Source: an uncultured virus (IMG/VR IMGVR_UViG_3300034062_002951)
Lineage: Duplodnaviria > Heunggongvirae > Uroviricota > Caudoviricetes
IMG/VR virus record: IMGVR_UViG_3300034062_002951
Reading direction: 5' to 3' (one strand)
Length of the DNA stretch: 20,000 nucleotides
Position numbers and translations under genes: made by a program. Below the pieces are notes generated by a model. The model did no database searches. It saw only the letters and a program-made list of their open reading frames with translations, and had not been told where the DNA came from. Positions 15,973-20,000 of the stretch are shown in pieces (positions within the stretch are counted from its first letter, which is position 1; every line of letters begins with the position of its first letter).

Positions 15973-16652
15973 CACGCTTTCCCAGTCTTGCTTAAGAGGC
16001 TCAGGAGGAGCCACATATACAGGAGGAAAAGAAAAGTCACTAGTAGGTACGCTTGCTTTTCGCTTGTAAGGCGCTCCCTTTCCTTGCGTTGCCATGAGTC
16101 GTCATCCCGTTTCTTCCTTGCTTTGTCCTGCTCTACCTTGATGACATCCCGCATATCAAACACTTTGCTATACAAAGCCCCCATTTCAGGTGGAGACTGG
16201 TAGACCATAGTTTCCCTGATTGTCACTTCCAACGCTGCCATCTGGTCTTGAGCCATTACCCGCTTCAGGGCAGCTTCCATCAGGTTGGCATCGGGGTCGT
16301 AGACTGATCTGCTCTTCTCTTCCTCTTCCCTTATGTGCGTTGCGAGTTGTTCTTGGAGCTTAAAAAACTGGGTAAGCTGAGTAACGATGTCTGCCATGAC
16401 TTGGGTTTCGTCAACGGCAACGTAGGCCTCCTTCTTTTTCGCCACAGACTTTGGCGCGGGCTTGGGAGCGCCACCAAAGAATCCTGCAAGCTTCCCCCAA
16501 AACCCGTAAACCTCTTTTCCAATCTCAACAGCCTCGTCAACCGTTGCCTTGACCTCCATGAAAGATGTCTTAGCTTGCTTGTATAGCTCACAGCCTTCTT
16601 TGATAGCGGCGACACAAGCATTTGCAGCAAAGAGGAGACTGATTGGGTCCAC
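15972..16652 (-). CDS. Helical protein with C-terminal TM anchor (lysis-region hypothetical)
   Basis: 226 aa, GTG start. MDPISLLFAANACVAAIK N-terminus, coiled-coil body, C-terminal TM (AYLLVTFLFLLYMWLLLSLL). Confidence 0.75.
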   Translation of the reverse strand: MDPISLLFAANACVAAIKEGCELYKQAKTSFMEVKATVDEAVEIGKEVYGFWGKLAGFFGGAPKPAPKSVAKKKEAYVAVDETQVMADIVTQLTQFFKLQEQLATHIREEEEKSRSVYDPDANLMEAALKRVMAQDQMAALEVTIRETMVYQSPPEMGALYSKVFDMRDVIKVEQDKARKKRDDDSWQRKERERLTSEKQAYLLVTFLFLLYMWLLLSLLSKTGKA

Positions 16653-16666
16653 ATGCGAACGCTCAT

Positions 16667-16879
16667 TTACATGGTGGAGCCAGAGGCCGCTGGGATGGTT
16701 GTGACCTGGATGGAGGTGCTCTTCTTAAGGTCAAGAGGCGTATTGCAATCGGAGCAGGTGTCCGCCTCGAGTTCACTCTCGTCCAGGTCGTAGCCACAGC
16801 TTGCGCACACGATTTCAATTTCGTGTGCCGGCTCTATGACGCCATTAGAGAGAGTCGTCGGAAGTTTGAATAGCTTCAT
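16667..16879 (-). CDS. Small Zn-ribbon protein
   Basis: 70 aa with CASC and CSDC pairs. Co-oriented with the operon and fills the gap between neighbours. Confidence 0.7.
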   Translation of the reverse strand: MKLFKLPTTLSNGVIEPAHEIEIVCASCGYDLDESELEADTCSDCNTPLDLKKSTSIQVTTIPAASGSTM

Positions 16880-17000
16880 TTTGTTTCTTCGCTTCCGTTT
16901 GGATAGCCTCTATGACCTGAAAGACTTCAGTGTATGGGCGTGTTCCAAGGTATTGCAGGATCGCATTTACCAAGTTGGTTGAGAGTTTGATGTCGTTCAT
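16845..17000 (-). CDS. Small hypothetical protein, 51 aa (not in the ORF track)
   Basis: Manual translation MNDIKLSTNLVNAILQYLGTRPYTEVFQVIEAIQTEAKKQNEAIQTSDDSL*. ATGA-coupled to the upstream mini-ORF. Resembles small proteins that follow tail fibres. Confidence 0.75.
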   Translation of the reverse strand: MNDIKLSTNLVNAILQYLGTRPYTEVFQVIEAIQTEAKKQNEAIQTSDDSL

Positions 17001-17068
17001 GGTGTTTCCAATGCCGTGATTCGTGCTGTCAGGTCTGTGATGAGGGCTTGTTGTTCTTGGATGTTCAT
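16997..17068 (-). pseudogene. 23-codon mini-ORF, probable relic of a tail-fibre intramolecular chaperone (peptidase S74) C-terminal coiled coil
   Basis: MNIQEQQALITDLTARITALETP*. SD AAGGA upstream. Its stop overlaps the next ATG. Confidence 0.6.
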
Positions 17069-17078
17069 TTTGTTGTCC

Positions 17079-18134
17079 TTAACAAGCCATCAATACACAA
17101 GGCACACAGAATGAACCGTCTGCGTAGGTGCAAGTAACATGGGTTGATGTGACTTTAGCGATGGTCTTGGAGCGAACAATGTCGTCACCCTGCGGCTTGG
17201 CAGTGCCATCACCAGCAGACATCAGCAAGTCACCACGCTGGACAGTCACACCTTGTGCAATGCGGATGATCATGTCACCCGTCATCGCCATGTTGATCTC
17301 GTCCACATCGTGTGCGTCATCATGCGTCCAGTTCACGAACACACCAGCGACATTGGCGTCACCTTCAACGTCAGAGACCTTGACCTTGTTGAGCTGTTCG
17401 TTCTCGACAGGGTTGCCATCAGCATCGGTGTAGACGTTCATCTCATCTAGGTTTGACAACACAGTGCCCTTGACCAGCGATTCGTCTTTGGCTGTGGTGG
17501 TTTGTGCCCAGCGAGACAAGTGACCACCGTTGTAGGACACGGTTGTGCCAGAGACGGAGATGTTGCCTTCTTGTGTTCCTGCTTGACGCAAAGTAACAAG
17601 AATACCGTCAGAATCTTGACGATTTATATAAACTGTGCCACTTGAGTCGCTTCCTGTAAAAGCTCCAGCAATGCCTGAACCATCTGTAAAAGCACAACCA
17701 TCAAGTGTGCCTAAATTACTTGTCTTCCCCACCAGCAAGATACCGTCGGAGTCGATACGGGCCCGTTCGGAGCCGTTTGTTTGAAACGACATCCCAGTAT
17801 TATTTGTCAGTCCAAAAATACTTCCTACAGTTACATCGCTGCCGTTTAGAAAATACAACCCAACAGAGCCAGAGTCGTTACCGTCTTGAATTGCGATTCC
17901 ATCTCCAGTGACAATGTTGTCTAAATGAAGTCGGTATGTCGGCGAACTCGTCCCAATACCTACGTTGCCTGCGCTGTCGATGCGCATAGCCTCCGCACCG
18001 CCTTCAGCAAAAGCAATGGTGTCAGCGGCAGGGAAGAAGATACCTGTGTTTGCATCTGTTCCCCTGATAGCAGGGGTTGCGGCACTACCATCAATATCGG
18101 ACAGTCCATCAGTTCCTGAAAGAATTAAGCTCAT
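17079..18134 (-). CDS. Tail fibre/receptor-binding protein with C-terminal chaperone-like domain
   Basis: 351 aa. Fibre repeats AMRIDSAGNVGIGTSSP and ERARIDSDGILLVG. The C-terminal domain (VAGVF...TGDMIIRI...GDLLMSAGDGTAK) resembles peptidase G2-type autocleaving chaperones. Confidence 0.75.
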   Translation of the reverse strand: MSLILSGTDGLSDIDGSAATPAIRGTDANTGIFFPAADTIAFAEGGAEAMRIDSAGNVGIGTSSPTYRLHLDNIVTGDGIAIQDGNDSGSVGLYFLNGSDVTVGSIFGLTNNTGMSFQTNGSERARIDSDGILLVGKTSNLGTLDGCAFTDGSGIAGAFTGSDSSGTVYINRQDSDGILVTLRQAGTQEGNISVSGTTVSYNGGHLSRWAQTTTAKDESLVKGTVLSNLDEMNVYTDADGNPVENEQLNKVKVSDVEGDANVAGVFVNWTHDDAHDVDEINMAMTGDMIIRIAQGVTVQRGDLLMSAGDGTAKPQGDDIVRSKTIAKVTSTHVTCTYADGSFCVPCVLMAC

Positions 18135-18146
18135 GGTTTTTCCTTG

Positions 18147-18332
18147 TTACCAGCCAGCCATGCTGACATACTTCTGACCATCCGCACCACAATCAGCAAG
18201 GAACTCATCCTTCTGTTCAATGCTGTAGTTGCGGCATTTCACACGCTTCAATTCAGTCTCTGTTTCTTCAAGCCATGTGGCTTCAAGAGTGTTTGATTTG
18301 ATGTCGTGACAGACTGCGGCTAAGTAAATCAT
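18147..18332 (-). CDS. Small hypothetical protein, possible fibre partner or chaperone
   Basis: 61 aa, ATGA-coupled to the 335-aa fibre gene. Confidence 0.65.
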   Translation of the reverse strand: MIYLAAVCHDIKSNTLEATWLEETETELKRVKCRNYSIEQKDEFLADCGADGQKYVSMAGW

Positions 18333-19336
18333 GATGTTGATCCTTTGATAATTACAAAACTTAAAACAATTGCTTCTGATAATGAACCTGATGTTACATT
18401 GCGAACACTAATAACCGCAGAACCAGCACCTTGTGCTCTTGCAAAGAATGAGTACGTTCCATATGCAGCCATGCCTGATACATCATTAACCACAATTACA
18501 TCTGCACTAGATGTAATTAAAGAATTGGTCAAAGTAAAGTTGACATTTGTATTTGCCCCCAACGCCGCATTGCTCATCGTAATCTGACCAGTAGGCTTAT
18601 TCAGAGTTACACCAGTTGACTTGTTTGTTGCCTGTGTAACAGTGCCACCAGCGCCTGTGGCATACCCAAGACCGTTTACTCCATTTACAACAGCACCACC
18701 AAGGAATGAACCTTTGCCGTTGCCATCAATTGTTACCTTGACTGCTCCGCCATTACCTCTTCCGTCTAATATGTTCCATGCAGTTCCAGTTGCATTTTCA
18801 GCCTGAACACGAATAAGTGATGAGGCATAAGAAGTGGAAGCGGAATATGCGCCAAAGGCTACTTGCCCAGTTCCTGTTGTATCTAACCTAACACTTAATC
18901 TCTCATCCCAAACAGGAGAGGTTGCAGAAACTCCAATTAACAAATTACCGTTGGAGTCGATACGAGCAGTTTCTATTAATGTTGCTGTATTTCCAGCAGT
19001 ACCTGAGGCGGTGCGATAAAAAATAACTTGCCCAGCAGACTGTGAAATAAACGAAGAAGCGTTTGTAGTTTTATACGTCCAATTTCCAGCAGAGTTTAAA
19101 AATAAATTGTTTATAAGCCACGTTTGTGAGGAAAAATCAACAAGAGATGAGCCTGTTGCTATATCAATAGTTTTTGCTGAACTATTCCATGATGATGGTG
19201 TAGTACCAATCCCCACATTTTGTGAAGCATCTACAGTTACCGCCGTTGTCCCCGCAGTTTGAAGCGCCAACACGCCGCTGGTGTCAGCAGTCTGGACTAG
19301 ACCAGCACTGGTGCTGGCATTGAGTGTTACAGCCAT
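18329..19336 (-). CDS. Tail fibre/receptor-binding protein
   Basis: 335 aa, Thr/Ser/Gly/Asn-rich. Repeats VDASQNVGIGTTP and ETARIDSNGNLLIG. C-terminal beta domain begins GGTVTQATNKSTGVTLNKPTGQITM. Confidence 0.75.
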   Translation of the reverse strand: MAVTLNASTSAGLVQTADTSGVLALQTAGTTAVTVDASQNVGIGTTPSSWNSSAKTIDIATGSSLVDFSSQTWLINNLFLNSAGNWTYKTTNASSFISQSAGQVIFYRTASGTAGNTATLIETARIDSNGNLLIGVSATSPVWDERLSVRLDTTGTGQVAFGAYSASTSYASSLIRVQAENATGTAWNILDGRGNGGAVKVTIDGNGKGSFLGGAVVNGVNGLGYATGAGGTVTQATNKSTGVTLNKPTGQITMSNAALGANTNVNFTLTNSLITSSADVIVVNDVSGMAAYGTYSFFARAQGAGSAVISVRNVTSGSLSEAIVLSFVIIKGSTS

Positions 19337-19518
19337 TATGTGTTCTCCTCATCTGCGGGAAGTGGTTCATCTGCGCCATAGACCTTGCCGCCTTCGGCTT
19401 GGTACTTTAAAAAGGCTTGGTAGTCTGTGTTGTCGGGGTCGAAGGGGATAGCAGTATTTCCGTTAAGAATTACACAATTTGCTAGTGTGCCATCTAAATT
19501 TTTACATAATTTATACAT
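19336..19518 (-). CDS. Small tail-fibre-associated protein
   Basis: 60 aa with IPFDPDNTDYQAFLKYQAEG, a motif I recall in small proteins downstream of fibre genes. TAATG-coupled to the next gene. Confidence 0.7.
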   Translation of the reverse strand: MYKLCKNLDGTLANCVILNGNTAIPFDPDNTDYQAFLKYQAEGGKVYGADEPLPADEENT

Positions 19519-19520
19519 TT

Positions 19521-20000
19521 TTATAACTCCGCTGATGCTTCAACTGCCGCTGTAGCAGAAGTTGGGGTAAGATATATATATCGTATATTTGTAACTGTTC
19601 CACAATTGAACCCTTGAGCAATTTGTCTTGTAGAAGAGTACGCCGTTGAAATGCTTGTACACGCTACTTGCACACTTGAATCATTTATTAACAAATTTGT
19701 AACATCTATTGCACTAACAGTAGGGACAGTTCTCATTTCTACAGGTAATGCACATTGCCATACAGCGGCGGATGTGCTTTCGGTACGCCCACCATAAAAA
19801 CGAGTTCCATTACCTGAGTATTTAATATAGTACCTCTGACACAAAGCCAACTCAGTCCCATAAGGTCTGTAGTCAAAGCTTGTTGCTGTTGAGCCTTTTT
19901 CAAGCTGTACGCCTGTGATGTAGAAAGTTGCGCCGTTTGTGCCGACTACTGATGTTGCGCCTGTGACTGAAATGTAATTTGCAGAAGCCCACGCACCAGC
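19521..20000 (-). CDS. Tail fibre/carbohydrate-binding-like virion protein (5' end lies outside the window)
   Basis: The frame is open from 20000: AGAWASANYISVTGATSVVGTNGATFYITGVQLEKGSTATSFDYRPYGTELALCQRYY...VEASAEL*. The ORF-track start at 19850 is an internal TTG. Confidence 0.78.
   Translation of the reverse strand, partial: AGAWASANYISVTGATSVVGTNGATFYITGVQLEKGSTATSFDYRPYGTELALCQRYYIKYSGNGTRFYGGRTESTSAAVWQCALPVEMRTVPTVSAIDVTNLLINDSSVQVACTSISTAYSSTRQIAQGFNCGTVTNIRYIYLTPTSATAAVEASAEL

Noticed and set aside
19521..19850. ORF-track 109-aa protein starting MALCQRYY
   Set aside because: The start is an internal TTG (Leu). The frame is open to the window edge, so this is the 3' part of a longer gene.
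17079..20000. Diversity-generating retroelement or invertible shufflon acting on the fibre genes
   Set aside because: No reverse transcriptase, invertase, roughly 100-nt TR/VR pair with adenine-specific mismatches, or inverted cassettes were seen in the window. The only repeat found is 22 nt. Such elements cannot be excluded elsewhere in the genome.
1..20000. Alternative genetic code or stop-codon reassignment
   Set aside because: Standard code 11 gives dense, tightly coupled full-length genes. TAA, TGA and TAG (11065-11067) all appear as plausible stops.

Overview
A 20 kb segment of a dsDNA tailed phage (Caudoviricetes) with short-tailed, podovirus-like virion genes. Spanins indicate a Gram-negative host, and the gene types resemble uncultured aquatic proteobacterial phages (inference). 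The + strand carries the end of a replication module: an SNF2-family helicase and a PD-(D/E)XK exonuclease (29-2175). It converges on, and overlaps, a long - strand late operon. In transcription order this operon has three tail-fibre/receptor-binding genes each followed by small genes, a Zn-ribbon protein, an expanded lysis cassette (four extra membrane/lipoproteins, Rz with embedded Rz1, an M15 endolysin), two small basic proteins, a tail hub/nozzle-like protein, two small virion proteins and four large putative internal (ejection) proteins. Highlights: (1) a compact structured leader whose hairpin loop is complementary to the Shine-Dalgarno sequence of the first ejection-protein gene; (2) a shared GIMA...MAMxxGG architecture in the ejection proteins; (3) a 23-codon chaperone-tail relic plus GC mosaicism, indicating tail-fibre module swapping; (4) a possible second spanin-like pair. 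No tRNA, rRNA, CRISPR array, integrase or reverse transcriptase was seen. Family assignments come from motif recognition only; no database searches were run.
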